NCBI GenBank assembly: GCA_964016885.1
Contig: OZ024742.1
Span: 375,844,001 to 375,908,000, forward strand
Reading direction: 5' to 3'
Origin: Eledone cirrhosa
Taxonomy: Eukaryota
Length of the DNA stretch: 64,000 bases
Part shown: positions 12,001 to 27,000 of the stretch, one piece after another
Position numbering within the stretch: the first letter of the stretch is position 1
Layout of the letters: every line of letters begins with the position of its first letter
Notes under the pieces: model-generated
What the model was told of the DNA's origin: nothing
The model's database searches: none
The model's input: only the letters and a program-made list of their open reading frames with translations
Program-made: the position numbers and the translations under genes

Positions 12001-15000
12001 AGACACTCACTAGAGAGTAGGGAGGTATGGAAGTTCTCCTGTCTATCTAGACACTCACTAGAGAGCAGGGAAGTATGGAAGGTCTCCTGTCTATCTAGAC
12101 ACTCAGTAGAGAGCAGGGAGGTATGGAAGGTCTCCTGTCTATTTAGACACTCAGTAGAGAGCAGGGAGGTATGAAAGGTCTCCTGTCTATCTAGACAGTC
12201 AGTAGTGAGGAGGGAGGTATGGAAGGTCTCCTGTCTATCTAGACACTCACTAGAGAGCAGGGAGGTATGGAAGGTCTCCTGTCTATCTAGACACTCACTA
12301 GAGAGTAGGGAGGTATGGATGGTCTCCTGTCTATCTAGACACTCACTAGAGAGCAGGGAGGTATGGAAGGTCTCCTGTCTATCTAAACACTCACTAGAGA
12401 GCAGGGAGGTATGGAAGGTCTCCTGTCTATCTAGACACTCACTAGAGAGCAGGGAGGTATGGAAGGTCTCCTGTCTGTCTAGACACTCACTAGAGAGCAG
12501 GGAGGTATGGAAGGTCTCCTGTCTATCTAGACACTCACTAGAGAGCAGGGAGGTATGGATGGTCTCCTGTCTATCTAGACACTCACTAGAGAGCAGGGAG
12601 GTATGGAAGGTCTCCTGTCTATCTAGACACTCACTAGAGAGCAGGGAGGTATGGATGGTCTCCTGTCTATCTAGACACTCACTAGAGAGCAGGGAGGTAT
12701 GGAAGGTCTCCTGTCTATCTAGACACTCACTAGAGAGCAGGGAGGTATGGAAGGTCTCCTGTCTGTCTAGACACTCACTAGAGAGCAGGGAGGTATGGAA
12801 GGTCTCCTGTCTATCTAGACACTCACTAGAGAGCAGGGAGGTATGGAAGGTCTCCTGTCTATCTAGACACTCACTAGAGAGCAGGGAGGTATGGATGGTC
12901 TCCTGTCTATCTAGACACTCACTAGAGAGCAAGGAGGTATGGAAGGTCTCCTGTCTATCTAGACACTCACTAGAGAGCAGGGAGGTATGGAAGGTCTCCT
13001 GTCTGTCTAGACACTCACTAGAGAGCAGGGAGGTATGGAAGGTCTCCTGTCTATCTAGACACTCACTAGAGAGCAGGGAGGTATGGAAGGTCTCCTGTCT
13101 ATCTAGACACTCAGTAGAGAGCAGGGACGTATGGAAGGTCTCCTGTCTATCTAGACACTCACTAGAGAGTAGGGAGGTATGGATGGTCTCCTGTCTATCT
13201 AGACACTCACTAGAGAGCAGGGAGGTATGGATGGTCTCCTGTCTATCTAGACACTCACTAGAGAGCAGGGAGGTATGGAAGGTCTCCTGTCTATCTAGAC
13301 ACTCACTAGAGAGCAGGGAGGTATGGATGGTCTCCTGTCTATCTAGACACTCACTAGAGAGCAGGGAGGTATGTAAGGTCTCCTGTCTATCTAGAAACTC
13401 ACTAGAGTGCAGGGAGGTATGGAAGTTCTCCTGTCTATCTAGACACTCAGTAGAGAGCAGGGAGGTATGGAAGGTCTCCTGTCTATCTAGACACTCACTA
13501 GAGAGCAGGGTGGTATGGAAGGTCTCCTGTCTATCTAGACACTCAGTAGAGAGCAGAGAGGTATGGAAGGTCTCCTGTCTATCAACACACCCAGTAGAGA
13601 GGAGGGAGGTATGTAAGGTCTCCAGTCTATCTAGACACTCAGTAGAGAGTAGGGAGGTCTCTTGTCTATCTAGACACTCACTAGAGAGCAGGGAGGTATG
13701 GAAGGTCTCCTGTCTATCTAGACACTCACTAGAGAGCAGGGAGGTATGGAAGGTCTCCTGTCTATCTAGACACTCACTAGAGAGCAGGGAGGTATGGAAG
13801 GTCTCCTGTCTATTTAGACACTCAGTAGAGAGCAGGAAGGTATGGAAGGTCTCCTGTCTATCTAGACACTCACTAGAGAGGAGGGAGGTATGGAAGGTCT
13901 CCTGTCTATTTAGACACTCAGTAGAGAGCAGGGAGGTATGGAAGGTCTCCTGTCTATCTAGACACTCAGTAGAGAGGAGGGAGGTATGGAAGGTCTCCTG
14001 TCTATCTAGACACTCACTAGAGAGCAGGGAGGTATGGAAAGTCTCCTGTCTATCTAGACACTCAGAAGAGAGCAGGGAGGTATGGAAGGTCTCCTGTCTA
14101 TCTAGACACTCAGTAGAGAGCACGGAGGTATGAAAGGTCTCCTGTCTATCTAGACACTCAGTAGAGAGGAGGGAGGTATGGAAGGTCTCCTGTCTATTTA
14201 GACACTCAGTAGAGTGCAGGGAGATATGGAAGGTCTGCTGTCTATCTAGACACTCAGGAGAGAGCAGGGAGGTATGGAAGGTCTCCTGTCTATCTAGATA
14301 TTAACAAGAGAGGAGGGAGGTATGGAAGGTCTCCTGTCTGCGTAGACACTCAGTAGAGAGGAGGGAGGTATGGAAGGTCTCCTGTCTATCTAGAAATTCA
14401 CTAGAGAGCAGGGAGGTATGGAAGGTCTCCTGTCTATCTAGATATTAACAAGAGAGGAGGGAGGTATGGAAGGTCTCCTGTCTATCTAGAAATTCACTAG
14501 AGAGCAGGGAGGTATGGAAGGTCTCCTGTCTATCTAGACACTCACTAGAGAGCAGGGAGGTATGGAAGGTCTCCTGTCTATCTAGACACTCACTAGAGAG
14601 CAGGGAGGTATGGAAGGTCTCCTGTCTATCTAGACACTCACTAGAGAGCAGGGAGGTATGGATGGTCTCCTGTCTATCTAGACACTCACTAGAGAGCAGG
14701 GAGGTATGGAAGGTCTCCTGTCTATCTAGACACTCACTAGAGAGCAGGGAGGTATGGATGGTCTCCTGTCTATCTAGACACTCACTAGAGAGCAGGGAGG
14801 TATGGAAGGTCTCCTGTCTATCTAGACACTCACTAGAGAGCAGGGAGGTATGGAAGGTCTCCTGTCTGTCTAGACACTCACTAGAGAGCAGGGAGGTATG
14901 GAGGGTCTCCTGTCTATCTAGACACTCACTAGAGAGCAGGGAGGTATGGAAGGTCTCCTGTCTATCTAGACACTCACTAGAGAGCAGGGAGGTATGGATG

Positions 15001-18000
15001 GTCTCCTGTCTATCTAGACACTCACTAGAGAGCAGGGAGGTATGGAAGGTCTCCTGTCTATCTAGACACTCACTAGAGAGCAGGGAGGTATGGAAGGTCT
15101 CCTGTCTGTCTAGACACTCACTAGAGAGCAGAGAGGTATGGAAGGTCTCCTGTCTATCTAGACACTCACTAGAGAGCAGGGAGGTATGGAAGGTCTCCTG
15201 TCTATCTAGACACTCAGTAGAGAGCAGGGACGTATGGAAGGTCTCCTGTCTATCTAGACACTCACTAGAGAGCAGGGAGGTATGGATGGTCTCCTGTCTA
15301 TCTAGACACTCACTAGAGAGCAGGGAGGTATGGATGGTCTCCTGTCTATCTAGACACTCACTAGAGAGCAGGGAGGTATGGAAGGTCTCCTGTCTATCTA
15401 GACACTCACTAGAGAGCAGGGAGGTATGGATGGTCTCCTGTCTATCTAGACACTCACTAGAGAGCAGGGAGGTATGTAAGGTCTCCTGTCTATCTAGAAA
15501 CTCACTAGAGTGCAGGGAGGTATGGAAGTTCTCCTGTCTATCTAGACACTCAGTAGAGAGCAGGGAGGTATGGAAGGTCTCCTGTCTATCTAGACACTCA
15601 CTAGAGAGCAGGGTTGTATGGAAGGTCTCCTGTCTATCTAGACACTCAGTAGAGAGCAGGGAGGTATGGAAGGTCTCCTGTCTATCTAGAGACTCACTAG
15701 AGAGCAGGGAGGTATGGAAGGTCTCCTGTCTATCTAGACACTCAGTAGAGAGCAGGAAGTTCTCCTGTCTATCTAGACACTCAGTAGAGAGCAGAGAGGT
15801 ATGGAAGGTCTCCTGTCTATCAACACACCCAGTAGAGAGGAGGGAGGTATGTAAGGTCTCCAGTCTATCTAGACACTCAGTAGAGAGTAGGGAGGTCTCT
15901 TGTCTATCTAGACACTCACTAGAGAGCAGGGAGGTATGGAAGGTCTCCTGTCTATCTAGACACTCACTAGAGAGCAGGGAGGTATGGAAGGTCTCCTGTC
16001 TATCTAGACACTCACTAGAGAGCAGGGAGGTATGGAAGGTCTCCTGTCTATTTAGACACTCAGTAGAGAGCAGGAAGGTATGGAAGGTCTCCTGTCTATC
16101 TAGACACTCACTAGAGAGGAGGGAGGTATGGAAGGTCTCCTGTCTATTTAGACACTCAGTAGAGAGCAGGGAGGTATGGAAGGTCTCCTGTCTATCTAGA
16201 CACTCAGTAGAGAGGAGGGAGGTATGGAAGGTCTCCTGTCTATCTAGACACTCACTAGAGAGCAGGGAGGTATGGAAAGTCTCCTGTCTATCTAGACACT
16301 CAGAAGAGAGCAGGGAAGTATGGAAGGTCTCCTGTCTATCTAGACACTCAGTAGAGAGCACAGAGGTATGAAAGGTCTCCTGTCTATCTAGACACTCAGT
16401 AGAGAGGAGGGAGGTATGGAAGGTCTCCTGTCTATTTAGACACTCAGTAGAGTGCAGGGAGATATGGAAGGTCTGCTGTCTATCTAGACACTCAGGAGAG
16501 AGCAGGGAGGTATGGAAGGTCTCCTGTCTATTTAGACACTCAGTAGAGAGGAGGGAGGTATGGAAGGTCTCCTGTCTATCTAGAAATTCACTAGAGAGCA
16601 GGGAGGTATGGAAGGTCTCCTGTCTATCTAGACACTCACTAGAGAGTAGGGAGGTATGGATGGTCTCCTGTCTATCTAAACACTCACTAGAGAGCAGGGA
16701 AGTATGGAAGGTCTCCTGTCTATCTAGACATTCACTAGAGAGCAGGGAGGTATGGAAGGTCTGCTGTCTATCTAGACACTCACTAGAGTGCAGGGAGGTA
16801 TGGAAGGTCTCCTGTCTATCTAGACACTCAGTAGAGAGGAGGGAGGTATGGAAGGTCTCCTGTCTATCTAGAAATTCACTAGAGAGCAGGGAGGTATGGA
16901 AGGTCTCCTGTCTATCTAGACACTCACTAGAGAGTAGGGAGGTATGGATGGTCTCCTGTCTATCTAAACACTCACTAGAGAGCAGGGAAGTATGGAAGGT
17001 CTCCTGTCTATCTAGACACTCACTAGAGAGCAGGGAGGTATGGAAGGTCTCCTGTCTATCTAGATATTAACAAGAGAGGAGGGAGGGATGGAAGGTCTCC
17101 TGTCTGCGTAGACACTCAGTAGAGAGGAGGGAGGTATGGAAGGTCTCCTGTCTATCTAGAAATTCACTAGAGAGCAGGGAGGTATGGAAGGTCTCCTGTC
17201 TATCTAGATATTAACAAGAGAGGAGGGAGGTATGGAAGGTCTCCTGTCTATCTAGAAATTCACTAGAGAGCAGGGAGGTATGGAAGGTCTCCTGTCTATC
17301 TAGATATTAACAAGAGAGGAGGGAGGTATGGAAGGTCTCCTGTCTATCTAGACATTCAGTAGAGAGGAGGGAGGTATGGAAGGTCTCCTGTCTATCTAGA
17401 AATTCACTAGAGAGCAGGGAGGTATGGAAGGTCTCCTGTCTATCTAGACACTCAGTAGAGAGCAGGGAGGTATGGAAGGTCTCCTGTCTATCTAGACACT
17501 CAGTAGAGAGCAGGGAGGTATGGAAGGTCTCCTGTCTATCTAGACACTCACTAGAGAGCAGGGAGGTATGGAAGTTCTCCTGTCTATCTAGACACTCAGT
17601 AGAGAGCAGGGTGGTATGGAAGGTCTCCTGTCTATCTAGACACTCAGTAGAGAGCAGGGAGATATGGAAGGTTTCCTGTTTATCTAGAGACTCAGTAGAG
17701 AGCAGAAAGTTCTCCTGTCTATCTAGACACTCAGTAGAGAGCAGAGAGGTATGGAAGGTCTCCTGCCTATCTACACACCCAGTAGAGAGGAGGGAGGTAT
17801 GTAAGGTCTCCTGTCTATCTAGACACTCAGTAGAGAGTAGGGAGGTCTCCTGTCTATCAAGACACTCACTAGAGAGCAGGGAGGTATGGAAGGTCTCCTG
17901 TCTATCTAGACACTCACTAGAGAGCAGGGACGTATGGAAGGTCTCCTGTCTATTTAGACACTCACTAGAGAGCAGGGAGGTATGAAAGGTCTCCTGTCTA

Positions 18001-21000
18001 TCTAGACATTCACTAGAGAGCAGGGAGGTATGGAAGGTCTCCTGTCTATTTAGACAGTCAGTAGAGTGCAAGGAGGTATGTAAGGTCTCCTGTCTATCTA
18101 GACACTCACTAGAGAGCAGGGAGTTATGGAAGGTATCCTGTCTATTTAGACACTCAGTAGAGAGCAGGAAGGTATGGAAGGTCTCCTGTCTATCTAGACA
18201 CTCACTAGAGAGGAGGGAGGTATGGAAGGTCTCCTGTCTATTTAGACACTCAGTAGAGAGCAGGGAGGTATGGAAGGTCTCCTGTCTATCTAGACACTCA
18301 GTAGAGAGGAGGGAGGTATGGAAGGTCTCCTGTCTATCTAGACACTCACTAGAGAGCAGGGAGGTATGGAAAGTCTCCTGTCTATCTAGACACTCAGAAG
18401 AGAGCAGGGAGGTATGGAAGGTCTCCTGTCTATCTAGACGCTCAGTAGAGAGCACGGAGGTATGAAAGGTCTCCTGTCTATCTAGACACTCAGTAGAGAG
18501 CAGGGAGGTATGGAAGGTCTCCTGTCTATCTAGACACTCAGTAGAGAGGAGGGAGGTATGGAAGGTCTCCTGTCCATTTAGACACTCAGTAGAGTGCAGG
18601 GAGGTATGTAAGGTCTCCTGTCTATCTAGACACTCAGTAGAGAGGAGGGAGGTATGGAAGGTCTCCTGTCTATCTAGACACTCACTAGAGAGCAGGGAGA
18701 TATGGAAGGTCTGCTGTCTATCTAGACACTCAGGAGAGAGCAGGGAGGTATGGAAGGTCTCCTGTCTATTTAGACACTCAGTAGAGAGGAGGGAGGTATG
18801 GAAGGTCTCCTGTCTATTTAGACACTCAGTAGAGAGCAGGGAGGTATGAAAGGTCTCCTGTCTATCTAGAAATTCACTAGAGAGCAGGGAGGTATGGAAG
18901 GTCTCCTGTCTATTTAGACATTCACTAGAGAGCAGGGAGATATGGAAGGTCTCCTGTCTATCTAGAAATTCACTAGAGAGCAGGGAGGTATGGAAGGTCT
19001 CCTGTCTATCTAGACACTCACTAGAGAGTAGGGAGGTATGGATGGTCTCCTGTCTATCTAAACACTCACTAGAGAGCAGGGAAGTATGGAAGGTCTCCTG
19101 TCTATCTAGACATTCACTAGAGAGCAGGGAGGTATGGAAGGTCTGCTGTCTATCTAGACACTCACTAGAGTGCAGGGAGGTATGGAAGGTCTCCTGTCTA
19201 TCTAGACACTCAGTAGAGAGGAGGGAGGTATGGAAGGTCTCCTGTCTATCTAGAAGTTCACTAGAGAGCAGGGAGGTATGGAAGGTCTCCTGTCTATCTA
19301 GACACTCACTAGAGAGTAGGGAGGTATGGATGGTCTCCTGTCTATCTAAACACTCACTAGAGAGCAGGGAAGTATGGAAGGTCTCCTGTCTATCTAGACA
19401 CTCACTAGAGAGCAGGGAGGTATGGAAGGTCTCCTGTCTATCTAGAAATTCACTAGAGAGCAGGGAGGTATGGAATGTCTCCTGTCTATCTAGATATTAA
19501 CAAGAGAGGAGGGAGGTATGGAAGGTCTCCTGTCTATTTAGAAATTCACTAAAGAGCAGGGAGGTATGGAAGGTCTCCTGTCTATCTAGACATTCAGTAG
19601 AGAGGAGGGAGGTATGGAAGGTCTCCTGTCTATCTAGAAATTCACTAGAGAGCAGGGAGGTATGGAAGGTCTCCTGTCTATCTAGACACTCAGTAGAGAG
19701 CAGGGAGGTATGGAAGGTCTCCTGTCTATCTAGACACTCACTAGAGAGCAGGGAGGTATGGAAGGTCTCCTGTCTATCTAGATATTAACAAGAGAGGAGG
19801 GAGGTATGGAAGGTCTCCTGTCTGCCTAGACACTCACTAGAGTGCAGGGAGGTATGGAAGTTCTCCTGTCTATCTAGACACTCAGTAGAGAGCAGGGTGG
19901 TATGGAAGGTCTCCTGTCTATCTAGACACTCACTAGAGAGCAGGGAGGTATGGAAGGTCTCCTGTCTATCTAGACACTCAGTAGAGAGCAGGGTGGTATG
20001 GAAGGTCTCCTGTCTATCTAGACACTCACTAGAGAGCAGGGAGGTATGGAAGGTCTCCTGTCCATCTAGACACTCAGTAGAAAGCAGGGAGGTATGGAAG
20101 GTCTCCTGTCTATCTAGACACTCAGTAGAGAGCAGGGAGGTATGGAAGGTCTCCAGTCTATCTAGAAACTCACTAGAGAGCAGGGAGGTATGAAAGGTGT
20201 CCTGTCTATCTAGACACTCAGGAGAGAGTAGGGAGGTATGGAAGGTCTCCTGTCTATCTAGACACTCACTAGAGAGCAGGGAGGTATGGAAGTTCTCCAG
20301 TCTATCTAGAAACTTACTAGAGAGCAGGGAGGTATGGAAGTTCTCCTGTCTATCTAGACACTCAGTAGAGAGCAGGGAGGTATGGAAGGTCTCCTGTCTA
20401 TCTAGACACTCACTAGAGAGCAGGGAGGTATGGAAGGTCTCCTGTCTATCTAGACACTCAGTAGAGAGCAGGGAGGTATGGAAGGTCTCCTGTCTATCTA
20501 GACACTCACTAGAGAGCAGGGTGGTATGGAAGGTCTCCTGTCTATCTAGACACTCAGTAGAGAGCAGGGAGGTATGAAAGGTCTCCTGTCTATCTAGACA
20601 CTCACTAGAGAGCAGGGAGGTATGGAAGGTCTCCTGTCTATCTAGACACTCAGTAGAGAGCAGGGAGGTATGGAAGGTCTCCTGTCTATCTAGACACTCA
20701 CTAGAGAGCAGGGTGGTATGGAAGGTCTCCTGTCTATCTAGACACTCAGTAGAGAGCAGGGAGGTATGGAAGGTCTCCTGTCTATCTAGACACTCACTAG
20801 AGAGCAGGGTGGTATGGAAGGTCTCCTGTCTATCTAGACACTCAGTAGAGAGCAGAGAGGTATGGAAGGTCTCCTGTCTATCAACACACCCAGTAGAGAG
20901 GAGGGTGGTATGTAAGGTCTCCAGTCTATCTAGACACTCAGTAGAGAGTAGGGAGGTCTCTTGTCTATCTAGACACTCACTAGAGAGCAGGGAGGTATGG

Positions 21001-24000
21001 AAGGTCTCCTGTCTATCTAAACACTCACTAGAGAGCAGGGAGGTATGGAAGGTCTCCTGTCTATCTAGACACTCAGTAGAGAGCAGGGAGGTATGGAAGG
21101 TCTCCTGTCTATCTAGACACTCACTAGAGAGCAGGGAAGTATGGAAGGTCTCCTGTCTATCTAGACACTCAGTAGAGAGCAGGGAGGCATGGAAGGTCTC
21201 CTGTCTATTTAGACACTCAGTAGAGAGCAGGGAGGTATGAAAGGTCTCCTGTCTATCTAGACTGTCAGTAGTGAGGAGGGAGGTATGGAAGGTCTCCTGT
21301 CTATCTAGACACTCACTAGAGAGCAGGGAGGTATGGAAGGTCTCCTGTCTATCTAGACACTCACTAGAGAGTAGGGAGGTATGGATGGTCTCCTGTCTAT
21401 CTAGACACTCACTAGAGAGCAGGGAGGTATGGAAGGTCTCCTGTCTATCTAAACACTCCCTAGAGAGCAGGGAGGTATGGAAGGTCTCCTGTCTATCTAG
21501 ACACTCACTAGAGAGCAGGGAGGTATGGAAGGTCTCCTGTCTGTCTAGACACTCACTAGAGAGCAGGGAGGTATGGAAGGTCTCCTGTCTATCTAGACAC
21601 TCACTAGAGAGCAGGGAGGTATGGATGGTCTCCTGTCTATCTAGACACTCACTAGAGAGCAGGGAGGTATGGAAGGTCTCCTGTCTATCTAGACACTCAC
21701 TAGAGAGCAGGGAGGTATGGATGGTCTCCTGTCTATCTAGACACTCACTAGAGAGCAGGGAGGTATGGAAGGTCTCCTGTCTATCTAGACACTCACTAGA
21801 GAGCAGGGAGGTATGGAAGGTCTCCTGTCTGTCTAGACACTCACTAGAGAGCAGGGAGGTATGGAAGGTCTCCTGTCTATCTAGACACTCACTAGAGAGC
21901 AGGGAGGTATGGAAGGTCTCCTGTCTATCTAGACACTCACTAGAGAGCAGGGAGGTATGGATGGTCTCCTGTCTATCTAGACACTCACTAGAGAGCAGGG
22001 AGGTATGGAAGGTCTCCTGTCTATCTAGACACTCACTAGAGAGCAGGGAGGTATGGAAGGTCTCCTGTCTGTCTAGACACTCACTAGAGAGCAGGGAGGT
22101 ATGGAAGGTCTCCTGTCTACCTAGACACTCACTAGAGAGCAGGGAGGTATGGAAGGTCTCCTGTCTATCTAGACACTCAGTAGAGAGCAGGGAGGTATGG
22201 AAGGTCTCCTGTCTATCTAGACACTCACTAGAGAGCAGGGTGGTATGGAAGGTCTCCTGTCTATCTAGACACTCAGTAGAGAGCAGGGAGGTATGGAAGG
22301 TCTCCTGTCTATCTAGAGACTCACTAGAGAGCAGGGAGGTATGGAAGGTCTCCTGTCTATCTAGACACTCAGTAGAGAGCAGGAAGTTCTCCTGTCTATC
22401 TAGACACTCAGTAGAGAGCAGAGAGGTATGGAAGGTCTCCTGTCTATCAACACACCCAGTAGAGAGGAGGGAGGTATGTAAGGTCTCCAGTCTATCTAGA
22501 CACTCAGTAGAGAGTAGGGAGGTCTCTTGTCTATCTAGACACTCACTAGAGAGCAGGGAGGTATGGAAGGTCTCCTGTCTATCTAGACACTCACTAGAGA
22601 GCAGGGAGGTATGGAAGGTCTCCTGTCTATCTAGACACTCACTAGAGAGCAGGGAGGTATGGAAGGTCTCCTGTCTATTTAGACACTCAGTAGAGAGCAG
22701 GAAGGTATGGAAGGTCTCCTGTCTATCTAGACACTCACTAGAGAGGAGGGAGGTATGGAAGGTCTCCTGTCTATTTAGACACTCAGTAGAGAGGAGGGAG
22801 GTATGGAAGGTCTCCTGTCTATCTAGACACTCACTAGAGAGCAGGGAGGTATGGAAAGTCTCCTGTCTATCTAGACACTCAGAAGAGAGCAGGGAGGTAT
22901 GGAAGGTCTCCTGTCTATCTAGACACTCAGTAGAGAGCACGGAGGTATGAAAGGTCTCCTGTCTATCTAGACACTCAGTAGAGAGGAGGGAGGTATGGAA
23001 GGTCTCCTGTCTATTTAGACACTCAGTAGAGTGCAGGGAGATATGGAAGGTCTGCTGTCTATCTAGACACTCAGGAGAGAGCAGGGAGGTATGGAAGGTC
23101 TCCTGTATATTTAGACACTCAGTAGAGAGGAGGGAGGTATGGAAGGTCTCCTGTCTATCTAGAAATTCACTAGAGAGCAGGGAGGTATGGAAGGTCTCCT
23201 GTCTATCTAGACACTCACTAGAGAATAGGGAGGTATGGATGGTCTCCTGTCTATCTAAACACTCACTAGAGAGCAGGGAAGTATGGAAGGTCTCCTGTCT
23301 ATCTAGACATTCACTAGAGAGCAGGGAGGTATGGAAGGTCTCCTGTATATCTAGACACGCACTAGAGTGCAGGGAGGTATGGAAGGTCTCCTGTCTATCT
23401 AGACACTCAGTAGAGAGGAGGGAGGTATGGAAGGTCTCCTGTCTATCTAGAAATTCACTAGAGAGCAGGGAGGTATGGAAGGTCTGCTGTCTATCTAGAC
23501 ACTCACTAGAGTGCAGGGAGGTATGGAAGGTCTCCTGTCTATCTAGACACTCAGTAGAGAGGAGGGAGGTATGGAAGGTCTCCTGTCTATCTAGAAATTC
23601 ACTAGAGAGCAGGGAGGTATGGAAGGTCTCCTGTCTATCTAGACACTCACTAGAGAGTAGGGAGGTATGGATGGTCTCCTGTCTATCTAAACACTCACTA
23701 GAGAGCAGGGAAGTATGGAAGGTCTCCTGTCTATCTAGACACTCACTAGAGTGCAGGGAGGTATGGAAGGTCTCCTGTCTATCTAGACACTCACTAGAGA
23801 GCAGGGAGGTATGGAAGGTCTCCTGTCTATCTAGATATTAACAAGAGAGGAGGGAGGTATGGAAGGTCTCCTGTCTGCGTAGACACTCAGTAGAGAGGAG
23901 GGAGGTATGGAAGGTCTCCTGTCTATCTAGAAATTCACTAGAGAGCAGGGAGGTATGGAAGGTCTCCTGTCTATCTAGATATTAACAAGAGAGGAGGGAG

Positions 24001-27000
24001 GTATGGAAGGTCTCCTGTCTATCTAGAAATTCACTAGAGAGCAGGGAGGTATGGAAGGTCTCCTGTCTATCTAGACACTCACTAGAGAGCAGGGAGGTAT
24101 GGAAGGTCTCCTGGCTATCTAGACACTCACTAGAGAGCAGGGAGGTATGGAAGGTCTCCTGTCTATCTAGACACTCACTAGAGAGCAGGGAGGTATGGAT
24201 AGTCTCCTGTCTATCTAGACACTCACTAGAGAGCAGGGAGGTATGGAAGGTCTCCTGTCTATCTAGACACTCACTAGAGAGCAGGGAGGTATGGATGGTC
24301 TCCTGTCTATCTAGACACTCACTAGAGAGCAGGGAGGTATGGAAGGTCTCCTGTCTATCTAGACACTCACTAGAGAGCAGGGAGGTATGGAAGGTGTCCT
24401 GTCTGTCTAGACACTCACTAGAGAGCAGGGAGGTATGGAAGGTCTCCTGTCTATCTAGACACTCAGTAGAGAGCAGGGAGGTATGGAAGGTCTCCTGTCT
24501 ATCTAGACACTCACTAGAGAGCAGGGAGGTATGGATGGTCTCCTGTCTATCTAGACACTCACTAGAGAGCAGGGAGGTATGGAAGGTCTCCTGTCTATCT
24601 AGACACTCACTAGAGAGCAGGGAGGTATGGAAGGTCTCCTGTCTGTCTAGACACTCACTAGAGAGCAGGGAGGTATGGAAGGTCTCCTGTCTATCTAGAC
24701 ACTCACTAGAGAGCAGGGAGGTATGGAAGGTCTCCTGTCTATCTAGACACTCAGTAGAGAGCAGGGACGTATGGAAGGTCTCCTGTCTATCTAGACACTC
24801 ACTAGAGAGTAGGGAGGTATGGATGGTCTCCTGTCTATCTAGACACTCACTAGAGAGCAGGGAGGTATGGATGGTCTCCTGTCTATCTAGACACTCACTA
24901 GAGAGCAGGGAGGTATGGAAGGTCTCCTGTCTATCTAGACACTCACTAGAGAGCAGGGAGGTATGGATGGTCTCCTGTCTATCTAGACACTCACTAGAGA
25001 GCAGGGAGGTATGTAAGGTCTCCTGTCTATCTAGACACTCACTAGAGAGCAGGGAGGTATGGAAGGTCTCCTGTCTATCTAGACACTCAGTAGAGAGCAG
25101 GGAGGTATGGAAGGTCTCCTGTCTATCTAGACACTCACTAGAGAGCAGGGAGGTATGGAATGTCTCCTGTCTATCTAGAAACTCACTAGAGTGCAGGGAG
25201 GTATGGAAGTTCTCCTGTCTATCTAGACACTCAGTAGAGAGCAGGGAGGTATGGAAGGTCTCCTGTCTATCTAGACACTCACTAGAGAGCAGGGTGGTAT
25301 GGAAGGTCTCCTGTCTATCTAGACACTCAGTAGAGAGCAGGGAGGTATGGAAGGTCTCCTGTCTATCTAGAGACTCACTAGAGAGCAGGGAGGTATGGAA
25401 GGTCTCCTGTCTATCTAGACACTCAGTAGAGAGCAGGAAGTTCTCCTGTCTATCTAGACACTCAGTAGAGAGCAGAGAGGTATGGAAGGTCTCCTGTCTA
25501 TCAACACACCCAGTAGAGAGGAGGGAGGTATGTAAGGTCTCCAGTCTATCTAGACACTCAGTAGAGAGTAGGGAGGTCTCTTGTCTATCTAGACACTCAC
25601 TAGAGAGCAGGGAGGTATGGAAGGTCTCCTGTCTATCTAGACACTCACTAGAGAGCAGGGAGGTATGGAAGGTCTCCTGTCTATCTAGACACTCACTAGA
25701 GAGCAGGGAGGTATGGAATGTCTCCTGTCTATTTAGACACTCAGTAGAGAGCAGGAAGGTATGGAAGGTCTCCTGTCTATCTAGACACTCAGTAGAGAGC
25801 AGGGAGGTATGGAAGGTCTCCTGTCTATTTAGACACTCAGTAGAGAGCAGGGAGGTATGGAAGGTCTCCTGTCTATCTAGACACTCAGTAGAGAGGAGGG
25901 AGGTATGGAAGGTCTCCTGTCTATCTAGACACTCACTAGAGAGCAGGGAGGTATGGAAAGTCTCCTGTCTATCTAGACACTCAGAAGAGAGCAGGGAAGT
26001 ATGGAAGGTCTCCTGTCTATCTAGACACTCAGTAGAGAGCACGGAGGTATGAAAGGTCTCCTGTCTATCTAGACACTCAGTAGAGAGGAGGGAGGTATGG
26101 AAGGTCTCCTGTCTATTTAGACACTCAGTAGAGTGCAGGGAGATATGGAAGGTCTGCTGTCTATCTAGACACTCAGGAGAGAGCAGGGAGGTATGGAAGG
26201 TCTCCTGTCTATCTAGAAATTCACTAGAGAGCAGGGAGGTATGGAAGGTCTCCTGTCTATCTAGACACTCACTAGAGAGTAGGGAGGTATGGATGGTCTC
26301 CTGTCTATCTAAACACTCACTAGAGAGCAGGGAAGTATGGAAGGTCTCCTGTCTATCTAGACACTCACTAGAGTGCAGGGAGGTATGGAAGGTCTCCTGT
26401 CTATCTAGACACTCACTAGAGAGCAGGGAGGTATGGAAGGTCTCCTGTCTATCTAGATATTAACAAGAGAGGAGGGAGGTATGGAAGGTCTCCTGTCTAT
26501 CTAGAAATTCACTAGAGAGCAGGGAGGTATGGAAGGTCTCCTGTCTATCTAGACACTCACTAGAGAGCAGGGAGGTATGGAAGGTCTCCTGGCTATCTAG
26601 ACACTCACTAGAGAGCAGGGAGGTATGGAAGGTCTCCTGTCTATCTAGACACTCACTAGAGAGCAGGGAGGTATGGATAGTCTCCTGTCTATCTAGACAC
26701 TCACTAGAGAGCAGGGAGGTATGGAAGGTCTCCTGTCTATCTAGACACTCACTAGAGAGCAGGGAGGTATGGATGGTCTCCTGTCTATCTAGACACTCAC
26801 TAGAGAGCAGGGAGGTATGGAAGGTCTCCTGTCTATCTAGACACTCACTAGAGAGCAGGGAGGTATGGAAGGTGTCCTGTCTGTCTAGACACTCACTAGA
26901 GAGCAGGGAGGTATGGAAGGTCTCCTGTCTATCTAGACACTCAGTAGAGAGCAGGGAGGTATGGAAGGTCTCCTGTCTATCTAGACACTCACTAGAGAGC

